A stretch of 59,796 nucleotides of DNA. Origin: a virus (taxonomy: Duplodnaviria > Caudoviricetes). The position numbers and the translations under genes are program-made. Below the pieces are notes generated by a model. It worked only from the letters and a program-made list of their open reading frames with translations, was not told the origin of the DNA and searched no databases. Shown one piece after another: positions 36,237 to 45,564 of the stretch; positions within the stretch are counted from its first letter, which is position 1; each line of letters opens with the position of its first letter. The stretch lies in IMG/VR virus record IMGVR_UViG_3300036773_000041, positions 1 through 59,796 of that record; one strand, 5' to 3'.

Positions 36237-36517
36237 CCTGGGACGCGCTCGCCGCTGCGGCCCGGGCTGAGACGGCCGCCGTCTACTCCCGGCCATGTCC
36301 GGAGTCCCGCAGCGGCGACGCGCGCCGCATCCTCTCAACCGCGAAAGCGAACGAGTTGGCCGTCCGCCGGCTCGTGAAGGACATGGAAACCCAGATCGAG
36401 CAGGGCGACCTAGCCGACGAGGTGGCTCACCTGAAAGCGATGGGCCTGCCGGTGCTGGAGATCGCTGAGCGGCTCGACGTCACGGTCGCCGAAGTCAGAA
36501 AAGCAGGAGCCGCATGA
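36233..36517 (+). CDS. Small HTH protein
   Basis: GLPVLEIAERLDVTVAEV. Confidence 0.55.
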   Translation: MTWDALAAAARAETAAVYSRPCPESRSGDARRILSTAKANELAVRRLVKDMETQIEQGDLADEVAHLKAMGLPVLEIAERLDVTVAEVRKAGAA

Positions 36518-36852
36518 GCCGCACCAAACTGACCGGCAGCGAACGCGCGGAACTCACCTTCCCCTGCGCCTACTGCGGCGCGAAACCCGAGGACTGGTGC
36601 CGCGTCCCCGCTACCGGCCGCGCCCAGAAAGAAGCCGACGGGCTGCACACGAACCGGTGGAACCAGGTCTGGCGGATCGTGGAGCTTACCGGCATGCGCC
36701 AGTCGTGGGATGACGCCCAGGACAGGTGGCGCGCCGCACGCGCAGCCCTGCGCACGGTCCGCGATGACCTGCGCCCCGTCGCCGAGCGGGGCGAGCTCGT
36801 GCACCCGCAGACGGTCATCGACCGCATCACCACCCTCCTGGAGTCGGTGTGA
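36514..36852 (+). CDS. Zn-finger protein
   Basis: CAYCGAKPEDWC...HTNR. Confidence 0.65.
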   Translation: MSRTKLTGSERAELTFPCAYCGAKPEDWCRVPATGRAQKEADGLHTNRWNQVWRIVELTGMRQSWDDAQDRWRAARAALRTVRDDLRPVAERGELVHPQTVIDRITTLLESV

Positions 36853-37015
36853 GATCCCTGCTCGACGGGCCGTCCCGCACCGCGGAGAAGTTGCTCACCG
36901 GTGCCGCGTTCGGCCTCGGCGTCGCCCTCGTCGCCGGCCTACGCGCCGCCGGCGTGGCCCTCGCAGTGGTCGCCGTACTGGCCGCCGCGCGCATCGCCAC
37001 CCGAAGGAGAAGCCG

Positions 37016-37567
37016 ATGAGGCTCACCTACGCTGTCCCGCTCGCCGCCGCGTACATCGCGACCGTCGTCCTCGCGAACGTCCTCACCGAGCACTACGGCC
37101 TCGTCCCGGTCGGGTTCGGGCTGACCGCCACCGCCGGAACGTTCGCCGCCGGCGCCACGCTGCTCGCCCGCAACCTCGCCCAGGACGTCACCGGCCGCCT
37201 ACTCGTCCTCGGCCTCATGCTGGTCGGCTGCGGGCTGTCGTGGTGGCTGGCGTCGCCGCAGCTCGCGACGGCGTCAGCGTGCGCGTTCGCGCTGTCCGAG
37301 ACCGCCGACATGGCCGTCTACTCACCCCTCCGGGATCGCGCGCGCCGGACAGGGAGCCGCACCGGCTGGTCCCGCGCAGTGCTCGCCGCGTCCATCGTCG
37401 GCGCTGTCGTCGACACCTTCGTGTTCCTGCACGTCGCCGGGTTCCCCCTGACTGCCGACTCCGTGACGGGGCAGCTCGTCGTCAAGATCGGCATCAGCGC
37501 AGTCGTAGCGGCCGCGGGGGTGGCGCGTGCGGTACTTCGCCAACCCGTCAACGCAGAGCGTGCGTGA
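37016..37567 (+). CDS. VUT/YhhQ-family (queuosine precursor) transporter
   Basis: GAAGGAG RBS; ANVLT...VPVGFG...AGTFAAG...SETADMAVY...VDTFVFL...GQLVVK. Confidence 0.85.
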   Translation: MRLTYAVPLAAAYIATVVLANVLTEHYGLVPVGFGLTATAGTFAAGATLLARNLAQDVTGRLLVLGLMLVGCGLSWWLASPQLATASACAFALSETADMAVYSPLRDRARRTGSRTGWSRAVLAASIVGAVVDTFVFLHVAGFPLTADSVTGQLVVKIGISAVVAAAGVARAVLRQPVNAERA

Positions 37568-38222
37568 CGCCATGACAGCCGGCCTCCTCGACTTCATCGA
37601 CACCCCCGCGCAGGGCAATGTCCGCATCCCCGGCGTGCCCTGGTGCGCGGACAACGGCTGTTTCAGCGATGCCTACCCCGGCGACGACGCATGGTTCGCG
37701 TGGCTCGCACGCAACGCCCCCGACGCCGACACGTGCAGGTTCGCCGTCGCGCCCGACGTCGTCGCCGACGCGCCCGGCACCCTGGCCCGGTCGCTGCCGT
37801 GGCTGCCCTGGATCCGCTGGCTCGGCTACCCAGCCGCGTTCGTAGCGCAGAACGGCCTCACCCCCGACGGCGTGCCGTGGGACGAGTTCGACGTGCTGTT
37901 CATCGGCGGTCTACCCGAATGCCTGCCGTGCGGCTACATCCGGCCGGCCCGCGAGTTCAAGCTGAAGCGCTGCCCGCACTGCGATCGCCGGCTCGCTGAG
38001 TGGAAACTCGGCGCTGCCGCGCGCCGCCTCGTCCGCGAAGCTAAGACGCGCGGCAAGTGGGTCCACATGGGCCGCGTCAACAGCCGCAAGCGATACCGGT
38101 ACGCCGCCGCGATCGGCTGCGACTCCGCCGACGGCACCACGCTCGCGCAGTTCCCAGACGCGACGCTGCCCGACGTCCTCTCCTGGGTGGGCCAGCCCGC
38201 GCTCGACGAGGTGACCGCGTGA
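37527..38222 (+). CDS. TGT-fold (DpdA-like) putative deazaguanine transglycosylase
   Basis: ADNGCFS, APDVVAD, FIGG, HMGRVNS and DSADGT motifs; overlaps the VUT gene. Confidence 0.6.
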   Translation: MRYFANPSTQSVRDAMTAGLLDFIDTPAQGNVRIPGVPWCADNGCFSDAYPGDDAWFAWLARNAPDADTCRFAVAPDVVADAPGTLARSLPWLPWIRWLGYPAAFVAQNGLTPDGVPWDEFDVLFIGGLPECLPCGYIRPAREFKLKRCPHCDRRLAEWKLGAAARRLVREAKTRGKWVHMGRVNSRKRYRYAAAIGCDSADGTTLAQFPDATLPDVLSWVGQPALDEVTA

Positions 38223-38530
38223 CCGACCTCGGTGACAGCCTCGACCTGCCCTACCAGAACGGCCCACCCGGGCAGGACATGCCGCTCGACCCAGCCACGC
38301 TCCTCGCCGCCGGCATCATCGCCATCGCCGTCACGGTGCCGCTCGAGGACACGTTCAAACCCGGGCTGCTGTTCCGGTTCGCCAACCCCGAAGGCGAGTT
38401 CTACCAGCCGATCCTGCTCGTGTTGGACGACGAGCAGGCCGTGAAAACCCCACCCATGATCCGCGCCGCCGTCGCCGCCAGTGTCGCGGCCGCGCGTGAG
38501 GCCATCATCCGGAAGGCGCGAGGCCAGTGA
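38219..38530 (+). CDS. Hypothetical protein
   Basis: GTGA coupling at both ends. Confidence 0.55.
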   Translation: MTDLGDSLDLPYQNGPPGQDMPLDPATLLAAGIIAIAVTVPLEDTFKPGLLFRFANPEGEFYQPILLVLDDEQAVKTPPMIRAAVAASVAAAREAIIRKARGQ

Positions 38531-41037
38531 CCGCACTGCCCTACGAGGAGTTCCTGGCCGCGAAGTCGCAGCTGGCCACGGCGGCCGGGTTCGACGTCCA
38601 CCCCGACGAGGTGAACCTCGCGTTGAAGCCGCACCAGGTCGACGTCGTGCGATGGGCGGTTGCCGGCGGCCGGCGCGCGATCTTCGCGTCGTTCGGACTG
38701 GGCAAGAGCATCATCCAGTTGGAGGCGGTGCGGCTGACGCTCGCGCGGACCGGGGGCCGCGGGCTGATCGTGTGCCCGCTCGGCGTGCGGCAGGAGTTCA
38801 TCCGCGACGCAACGGAGCTACTCGAGACCGACCCGCCGCGGTTCATCCGCACCGCGGCCGAGGCCGACGCTGACGGCATCTACCTGACCAACTACGAGAC
38901 GGTCCGCGACCGGAAACTCGACCCGCGCGGCTTCGACGTGGTCAGCCTCGACGAGGCCGCGATCCTGCGCGGGTTCGGCGGCACCAAGACGTTCCGCGAA
39001 TTCATGCGCCTCTACGAGGGCACCTCCAACTACCGGTTCGTGGCCACCGCGACCCCATCACCGAACGACTACATCGAGCTGCTGGCCTACGCGGCGTTCC
39101 TCGACGTCCTCGACGTCGGCCAGGCCAAGACCCGGTTCTTCAAACGCGACTCCGAACACGCCGACAAGCTGACGCTGCTGCCGCACATGGAGGACGAGTT
39201 CTGGATGTGGGTGGCGTCGTGGGCGCTGTTCATCCAGAAACCCTCCGACCTCGGCTACTCCGACGAGGGGTACGCACTGCCGCCGCTGGACATCCGCTGG
39301 CACGAGGTCCCCGCCGCCGAACGCGGCGAAGCCGTGCCGGACCGGTCCGGTCGGGTCGAGCTGTTCCGCGACGCGGCGCTCGGCGTGCAGTCCGCGGCCG
39401 CGGAGAAGCGGGCCAGCATCGACGCCCGCGTCGCGAAGACACGCGAGCTGGTCGACGCCGCGCCGGGCGAGCACTTCCTGCTGTGGCACGACCTCGAAGC
39501 CGAGCGGCACGCCATCAAGGCCGCTGTCCCGGCCGCGACCACCGTGTGGGGGTCGCAGGACCTCGACGAGCGTGAGGCCGCCATCGCCGCCTTCTCCGAC
39601 GGCAAGATCACCCACCTCGCGACGAAGCCGGTGATCGCCGGATCCGGGTGCAACTTCCAGCGGCACTGCCACCGCGCGATCTTCACCGGCATCGGGTTCA
39701 AGTTCGCCGACTTCATTCAGGCGATCCACCGCATCCACCGGTTCCTGCAGACCGAGCCGGTCCGCATCGACCTGATCTACACCGAGGCCGAGCGGGAGAT
39801 CCGCCGCCGGCTTGAGCAGAAGTGGCGCAAGCACGACGAGCTGGTCGCCCGCATGGGCGACATCATCCGCGAGCACGGCCTGTCCCACGAGGCGATCGCC
39901 GGCGGCCTGCGCCGCTCCATCGGCGTCGAACGGCAAGAAGCCAGTGGCGAGGGCTACCGCCTGGTCAACAACGACTCCGTCGTCGAGACCTCGACCATGG
40001 CTGCCGACTCCGTGGACCTGATCGTCACGTCGATCCCGTTCGCCACCCAGTACGAGTACACCCCGTCCTACAACGACTTCGGTCACACCGACGACAACGA
40101 CCATTTCTGGTCGCAGATGGACTACCTGACCCCGCAGCTGCTCCGCGTCCTCAAGCCCGGGCGGGTCGCCGCGATCCACGTCAAGGACCGGGTCGTGCCC
40201 GGCGGCATGACCGGCCTCGGATTCCAGACCGTGCACCCGTTCCACAGCGAAGCGATCGACCACTACCGCCGGCACGGGTTCGCGTTCCTCGGGATGAAGA
40301 CGATCGTCACCGACGTCGTCCGGGAAAACAACCAGACCTACCGCCTCGGCTGGACCGAGCAATGCAAGGACGGCACCCGCATGGGCGCCGGCCTCCCCGA
40401 GTACCTGCTGCTGCTCCGCAAGCCACCCACCGACGCGAGCGACGGGTACGCCGACGACCCCGTGGTGAAGGACAAGGACGCCTACACGCGCAGCCGCTGG
40501 CAGGTCGACGCGCATGGGTTCATGCGCTCCAACGGCGACCGGCATCTGCTGCCCGAGGAGTTCGCCGGCATCCCGCACGACCAGATGTTCCGCCTGTTCC
40601 GCGACCACAACCTGGCCAACGTCTACGACTACGAGGACCACGTCGCGGTCGGCGAAGCGCTCGAAGCGAAACGGTTGCTGCCGACGACGTTCATGCTGCT
40701 GCAGACCCCGTCATGGCACCCGGACGTGTGGACCGACGTCGCGCGGATGCGCACCCTGAACATGCTGCAGCAACGCAAGGGCCTCGCCCAGCATCTGTGC
40801 CCGCTGCAGTTCGACATCGTCGACCGGCTCGTCACCCAGTACTCCATGCCCGGGGAGACGGTGTTCGACCCGTTCGGCGGCATCATGACCGTCCCCTACT
40901 GCGCGGTGAAGCTCGGCCGAGTCGGTATCGCATGCGAGCTCAACCCCGACTACTGGCGAGACGGCGTCGCCCACGTCGAAGCGCAAGCCGCCGGCGCATC
41001 CACGCCCAGCCTGTTCGACCTTGAGGAGACAGCGTGA
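38527..41037 (+). CDS. SNF2-like helicase fused to N4/N6 DNA methyltransferase
   Basis: GLGKS, LDEA, TATPSPND and GCNFQ helicase motifs; TSIPF catalytic motif then HLCP and DPFGG SAM motif (beta-class order). Confidence 0.9.
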   Translation: MTALPYEEFLAAKSQLATAAGFDVHPDEVNLALKPHQVDVVRWAVAGGRRAIFASFGLGKSIIQLEAVRLTLARTGGRGLIVCPLGVRQEFIRDATELLETDPPRFIRTAAEADADGIYLTNYETVRDRKLDPRGFDVVSLDEAAILRGFGGTKTFREFMRLYEGTSNYRFVATATPSPNDYIELLAYAAFLDVLDVGQAKTRFFKRDSEHADKLTLLPHMEDEFWMWVASWALFIQKPSDLGYSDEGYALPPLDIRWHEVPAAERGEAVPDRSGRVELFRDAALGVQSAAAEKRASIDARVAKTRELVDAAPGEHFLLWHDLEAERHAIKAAVPAATTVWGSQDLDEREAAIAAFSDGKITHLATKPVIAGSGCNFQRHCHRAIFTGIGFKFADFIQAIHRIHRFLQTEPVRIDLIYTEAEREIRRRLEQKWRKHDELVARMGDIIREHGLSHEAIAGGLRRSIGVERQEASGEGYRLVNNDSVVETSTMAADSVDLIVTSIPFATQYEYTPSYNDFGHTDDNDHFWSQMDYLTPQLLRVLKPGRVAAIHVKDRVVPGGMTGLGFQTVHPFHSEAIDHYRRHGFAFLGMKTIVTDVVRENNQTYRLGWTEQCKDGTRMGAGLPEYLLLLRKPPTDASDGYADDPVVKDKDAYTRSRWQVDAHGFMRSNGDRHLLPEEFAGIPHDQMFRLFRDHNLANVYDYEDHVAVGEALEAKRLLPTTFMLLQTPSWHPDVWTDVARMRTLNMLQQRKGLAQHLCPLQFDIVDRLVTQYSMPGETVFDPFGGIMTVPYCAVKLGRVGIACELNPDYWRDGVAHVEAQAAGASTPSLFDLEETA

Positions 41038-41342
41038 GCGAGATCCGGTCGCAGGCCGACCTCGAGCTGATGCGCCGCACGGACCTGATCACCCGCTCCC
41101 TGACGCGCCGCCGCTGTGAGGCTGCGGTCCGCGCGCACCTCACCGTCCGCCCGGCGACGTCGGCCGAGATCTTCCAGGCCATGCCCGAGGACGAACCGCT
41201 GGAGATCCAGGACCTCCTCATGTGGCACCGCGGCTGCATGCAGTCCGACGTGCAGCAGGTCCTCGTCACCCTCGAACGCGCCGGGGTCACGACCCGCCTC
41301 ATCCTGCCGAGCGTCAAGGCCCACCTGTGGTGGCTGCTATGA
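41034..41342 (+). CDS. Hypothetical protein
   Basis: GAGGAG RBS; coupled. Confidence 0.5.
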   Translation: MSEIRSQADLELMRRTDLITRSLTRRRCEAAVRAHLTVRPATSAEIFQAMPEDEPLEIQDLLMWHRGCMQSDVQQVLVTLERAGVTTRLILPSVKAHLWWLL

Positions 41343-41710
41343 GCACCGGCATCTGGGCGGTCAGCCTCGAAGTGCTGTGCACCCGGCTGCCGTGCTCCGT
41401 GAAGGACGAGGCCACCGTCCGGTCGACGAACTGCGAGGACGCCCGCACCGGCGCGATGAAAGTGCTGCGCTACCGCGGCTGGCTCCTCGGTGGACGCGAC
41501 GCGACGCTGTGCCCGAAACACGCCGGCCCGATGCCGTGCTGTGTGCGCTGCGACGACCCGACACCCCGCCTGTACCTCGACACCGTGCCGTGGACCGGAC
41601 CCGAACTCGCCGACCTGGCCAAGCCGACGCTGCTGTGCCCCGGCTGCCGCAGATGGGCCCGTGAGCTGTGGCTCACCCGACTCCACACCGAACGAGAGGC
41701 CGCGCAGTGA
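41339..41710 (+). CDS. Cys-rich hypothetical protein
   Basis: GW...LCPKH, CVRC and LCPGC motifs. Confidence 0.55.
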   Translation: MSTGIWAVSLEVLCTRLPCSVKDEATVRSTNCEDARTGAMKVLRYRGWLLGGRDATLCPKHAGPMPCCVRCDDPTPRLYLDTVPWTGPELADLAKPTLLCPGCRRWARELWLTRLHTEREAAQ

Positions 41711-41976
41711 CGCGGGCACCGGTCGAGCGGTTCAAGACGTCCGTCGTGGTGATGGGAGAGCGGCAGGTCGACGAATTCCAGGCACTGTGCGCGCTGCTCG
41801 GCCGCCGCCCCCACCAACTCGCCGCGGACATGGTGCTCACCGAGATCCGCCGCTACCGCCGCCGCAAGCACGTCGCCGAGGCCGTCCGCCACCTGGTCGA
41901 CGCGCGCCGCGCGTGGCGCGAGCGCAAGGCAATCGAGCCGATCGACCTGAACGCCTACCGGAAGGCCCACCGATGA
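41707..41976 (+). CDS. Hypothetical protein
   Basis: GAGAGG RBS; coupled. Confidence 0.5.
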   Translation: MTRAPVERFKTSVVVMGERQVDEFQALCALLGRRPHQLAADMVLTEIRRYRRRKHVAEAVRHLVDARRAWRERKAIEPIDLNAYRKAHR

Positions 41977-41994
41977 AGGCCCACCGATGAAGGC
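41961..41994 (+). repeat. 14-bp tandem duplication GAAGGCCCACCGAT
   Basis: Two exact copies plus GAAGGC. Confidence 0.9.
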
Positions 41995-42472
41995 GCTAAC
42001 CGTCCAACCTCCCTGGAGTTGGGCCATCATCCACGGGGGAAAGTCGGTCGAAAACAGGACGCAAAACTGGTCGTACCGGGGGCCGCTCGCGATCCACGCC
42101 GGCGCCCGCTGGTCCGAGCGTGGCGCGGCATTCCTGCCGCTCCGCACCGCCTGGTGGAATGAGCACGACTGCTGCGCGGACGGCGAGCCAGTACCAGACG
42201 AGCCGCTACCGCGTGACCTGTTCGACCCCGAGGACTTCGGAGCGATCATCGGCGTCGTCGACCTGGTCGACGTGCACTGGGCCGACGACTGCTGGGGCCC
42301 GATCGGTGGGCATTGTTCGCCGTGGGCGGAAGGCATCGACGCGCGCGGCGGTGACAAGCCGATCGCGCATCTGGTGCTGACCAACCCGCGCGCCGTGGAC
42401 CCGATCCCATGCCCCGGCCGGCTCGGTCTGTGGACGCTGCCGCCCGACATCGAGGAGGTGCTCCGTGCCTGA
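41987..42472 (+). CDS. ASCH-domain protein
   Basis: KALTVQPPW...GKSVENR...YRGPLAIHAG...GRLGLW. Confidence 0.9.
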   Translation: MKALTVQPPWSWAIIHGGKSVENRTQNWSYRGPLAIHAGARWSERGAAFLPLRTAWWNEHDCCADGEPVPDEPLPRDLFDPEDFGAIIGVVDLVDVHWADDCWGPIGGHCSPWAEGIDARGGDKPIAHLVLTNPRAVDPIPCPGRLGLWTLPPDIEEVLRA

Positions 42473-42959
42473 CGCGAAGGAATGCAGCCAGTGCGGCAAG
42501 GTGAAGCCGCTCGACGACTTCCACCGCGACGCCGCCGCGCACGACGGCCGGTACACGGTCTGCAAGAAATGGAAGGCCACCGCCGAGCGCACGGATCCGA
42601 CCGACACCCGCGTCCGGAACTTCACCCGCGCCTGGGGGTATGGCGCCTACACCATCGTCAACCTCTTCGCATACCGCGCGACGGACCCCGACGAGCTCCC
42701 CACCGGCCCGGAAGCGATCGGCCCGGACCAGAGCGACCACGTGGATCAGGCCCTCGCTGACGCAGTCCTGACGGTCGCAGCGTGGGGCGCGTCCTCACCT
42801 GCCTGGGCGTCCACCTACACCAGGCTCGTCGGCCGGCTGCTGCGCCGCGACGGAGCGCACGTCCTCGGCCTCACCGCGTCCGGCCAGCCACGCCACCCGC
42901 TCTACATGCGCGCGGACACGAAACCCGTCCTCTGGTCGACCCTCGGAGACGCCCGATGA
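42465..42959 (+). CDS. DUF1643-like protein with a foreign Zn-ribbon N-terminus
   Basis: DPT...VNLFAYRATDP...VAAWG...GQPRHPLY; N-terminal KECSQCGKVKPLDDF. Confidence 0.7.
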   Translation: MPDAKECSQCGKVKPLDDFHRDAAAHDGRYTVCKKWKATAERTDPTDTRVRNFTRAWGYGAYTIVNLFAYRATDPDELPTGPEAIGPDQSDHVDQALADAVLTVAAWGASSPAWASTYTRLVGRLLRRDGAHVLGLTASGQPRHPLYMRADTKPVLWSTLGDAR

Positions 42960-43336
42960 CCGAGTCCATCCGCGACATCCGCGCGTTCCGCGAAGGGCTC
43001 CCGACACACGCCCGGCAAGCCCTCCACGACACCCAGATGGCGTCCGCGCTCGTCATCAAAGCCGTCGCCCACGGCTGGACCGTCCCCGAACTCATCAAAG
43101 AATGCTCCCGCGACCTCGGGGGCCTCGCGAACCCCGGCGCCGTCATCACCCACCGACTCGCCAACTGCGCCGACATCGACAAACGCCGAACGAAACCACC
43201 CGACTGGTGCGGCCAGTGCGACCGGACGACCCGGCACACGTTCGACGTCAACGGCTGGCCCAGCCCCGGAAGGTGCCCGACGTGTCACCCCCTCGCGCGA
43301 AAGGCGCCCGCAGATGACCTGGTTCCGGATCGATGA
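42956..43336 (+). CDS. Zn-finger protein resembling the C-terminus of actinophage replication proteins
   Basis: NPGAVITHRL...WCGQCDRTTR...CPTCHP. Confidence 0.55.
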   Translation: MTESIRDIRAFREGLPTHARQALHDTQMASALVIKAVAHGWTVPELIKECSRDLGGLANPGAVITHRLANCADIDKRRTKPPDWCGQCDRTTRHTFDVNGWPSPGRCPTCHPLARKAPADDLVPDR

Positions 43337-43766
43337 CGGCTTCTACGACCACCCCAAGGTCAAGTCGCTGCCCCGCGGAGCGGTCCGGAAAGGCGCCGTC
43401 GCGCTCTGGACACTCGCCGGCTCCTGGTGCTCCCGATACAACACCGACGGACTCGTCCCCGCACACCAAATCGAAGAGTTCGGATCCTCACTCAAAGACG
43501 CCGACGCGCTCGTCGCCGCGGTCCTCTGGCACGCACCAGGACACGACTGCGACACCTGCCCCGACGTCCCCCAAGGCCACTTTCTGTACCACCAGTGGCC
43601 CGAACACCAGCCACTCAAGGCCGAAGTCGAACGCAAACGCGCACTCGCCCGCGACCGCATGCGCAGACGCCGCCACCCCGACCCCGAGCCCGAAACAACC
43701 GAACAAACAGCCGAAGTACACGACATGTTCGCGCGAACACACAGCGAACGTGCACGCGAACCGTGA
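43314..43766 (+). CDS. Replication initiator-like protein (N-terminal domain; possibly frameshift-truncated)
   Basis: WFRIDDGFYDHPKV...LWTLAGSWC...TDG...LVAAVLW...HQW...RDRMRRRR. Confidence 0.7.
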   Translation: MTWFRIDDGFYDHPKVKSLPRGAVRKGAVALWTLAGSWCSRYNTDGLVPAHQIEEFGSSLKDADALVAAVLWHAPGHDCDTCPDVPQGHFLYHQWPEHQPLKAEVERKRALARDRMRRRRHPDPEPETTEQTAEVHDMFARTHSERAREP

Positions 43767-43831
43767 CCGAACTTCGCGCGCAGTGCGCGACCCCGTCCCG
43801 TCCCGTCCCGTCCCGTCCCGTCCCGACCCGA
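43700..43831 (+). repeat. CGAAC iteron-like repeats and (CCCGT)6(CCCGA)2 microsatellite; candidate origin
   Basis: CGAAC at 43700, 43734, 43745, 43757 and 43768; pentamer run 43792-43831. Confidence 0.7.
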
Positions 43832-43946
43832 CCACAAGAACTCCCTTCACTCACCATCCACACCAACGACGAGAACCAGCACACGCGAGCGACCGTCGGT
43901 GGATAGAAGCCCACCCCATGACCCACATCCGAAGGGACACCACCAC

Positions 43947-44882
43947 ATGACCCCACAGCCCGACTGGCGGAAAGCCGCCCGCTCGAACGGCTCCAGCGCC
44001 TGCGTCGAGGTCGCGTTCCCGCCCGACGGCACCGTCGCGGTGCGTGATTCGAAGGACCCGTCCGGGCCGGTGCTGACGTTCACCGCGGCGGAGTGGGATG
44101 CGTTCGCGGCTGGCATGGCCGGCGGGGAGTTCACCCGCCCGGGTGCTGCTCGCGCTGCTGTGGCGGCGGGGCGTGGGCCTCAGCCGGGGGACTTCGTCGA
44201 GTTCACGGCGTCGTGGGATGGCCTCAACCGGATCACCGCGAGGGTGGTGGAGGTGTTTCTGCGGCCGTCGGTGGTGTTGTCGCCGCCGGGGCGGTTCCTG
44301 AATGGGCAGTGGACTGGCACGTGGACGCCGGCGCCGGTCGAGCAGCACGAGCACATCTACAACGACGCCAGCCCCTACGTCTGCGGCCGCTGCTGGACGT
44401 TCGACGAGGAAGGCGCACTGGCCGAGATCGAGCGGCTACGAGCTGAGCGGCAGGCCGCGCTCGACATGTGCGACCGCTACGTCCAGTACGGCCCCGCGCC
44501 ATCCGGTCTGTTCGCGACCGAACACGAGCCGCCCAGGGGCACCATCGTCGCCTCCGCCGGCAACAGCCCATGGCACCGCACCCACCCCACCGACCGCGGC
44601 TGGCGGCTGCTGAGGTCCGGCCTCGGCGGGCAGGGTGACCTGATCCGCTGCGAGACATGGGCGAATGTCCTCGACCTCGCCGGCGGCCCGCTCGCGATCC
44701 TCCGCTGGGGATGGGGCACCGACGACGACGACCCGTTCAAGGCTGAGATTGATCGCACCGACGAGCAGATCCGTCTCGCCACCCGCCCCACGGTGCGCGT
44801 GCACGTTGACGATGATCTGACCGCCGCCGTCACCCAGGTCCTCAACGACCAGGCCAAGCGCGGGAGGCCGCATCGTGTCTGA
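43947..44882 (+). CDS. DUF397-domain protein with a long C-terminal extension
   Basis: GAAGGGA RBS; WRKAARS...CVEVA...VAVRDSKDP...LTFTAAEWDAF. Confidence 0.8.
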   Translation: MTPQPDWRKAARSNGSSACVEVAFPPDGTVAVRDSKDPSGPVLTFTAAEWDAFAAGMAGGEFTRPGAARAAVAAGRGPQPGDFVEFTASWDGLNRITARVVEVFLRPSVVLSPPGRFLNGQWTGTWTPAPVEQHEHIYNDASPYVCGRCWTFDEEGALAEIERLRAERQAALDMCDRYVQYGPAPSGLFATEHEPPRGTIVASAGNSPWHRTHPTDRGWRLLRSGLGGQGDLIRCETWANVLDLAGGPLAILRWGWGTDDDDPFKAEIDRTDEQIRLATRPTVRVHVDDDLTAAVTQVLNDQAKRGRPHRV

Positions 44883-45564
44883 CCTCATCGAAGTCTTCAT
44901 CGGCTGTGCCGAGCAGCGCCGAGTCGACATGGCCGACTGCACGCTCGACGACGGGCACGCCGGTGACCACCGGTACGTGCCGGCCGAAGCGCTCGCCGAC
45001 GAAGTCAAGCGGCTGCGGTCCGAGGTCGACGAGACCAGCCAACTGTGCGGCACCCTGGCCGGCCTCCTCACCCGCACCGCGGACGCGCTCAAGGGCGACC
45101 CCGGGCCGCTCACGCTGCACGACTGGTCCGACCTGCCGCAGGTCGCCGAGATGGCGTTGCGGATGCACCAGGTGCAGCTCGAGCGGGCGAACCGGCTCGA
45201 GGCCGAGGCCGCGACGGAACGCGCCGAGAACGCGCGGCTCCGGGGCGTCATCGCCGGGGAGCTCGTCCGCGACGGCCAAGCCATGGACGCCGACCGCCGC
45301 GAGGTCGTCGGCTACGTGCTCGTCGACCCGAACACCAACGCCATGGACTGGGACGGCCTGATCCACGACACCCGAGACGGCGCGATCAAGGAAGCCGTGT
45401 CCACGCTGAACCTCGACGACGGCGACAAGCAACGCCCCTGCTGCGGGGCGGACCTGTGGTACGAGGTCGGCGAGGTCCGCCGCCCGGCCGGCCTGAACGA
45501 GGCCGTGCTCGCTGCCGCGCAGGCTGAATGGGACCGGCACCGGACGGAGTTCCTCAATGGCTGA
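44875..45564 (+). CDS. Hypothetical coiled-coil protein
   Basis: GGAGG RBS; LLTRTADALKG...HDWSDLP. Confidence 0.6.
   Translation: MSDLIEVFIGCAEQRRVDMADCTLDDGHAGDHRYVPAEALADEVKRLRSEVDETSQLCGTLAGLLTRTADALKGDPGPLTLHDWSDLPQVAEMALRMHQVQLERANRLEAEAATERAENARLRGVIAGELVRDGQAMDADRREVVGYVLVDPNTNAMDWDGLIHDTRDGAIKEAVSTLNLDDGDKQRPCCGADLWYEVGEVRRPAGLNEAVLAAAQAEWDRHRTEFLNG

Noticed and set aside
43792-43831. Second guide-like pentamer array
   Set aside because: Homogeneous (CCCGT)6(CCCGA)2 with no variable positions; matches the PSRPVP linker common in actinophage replication genes.
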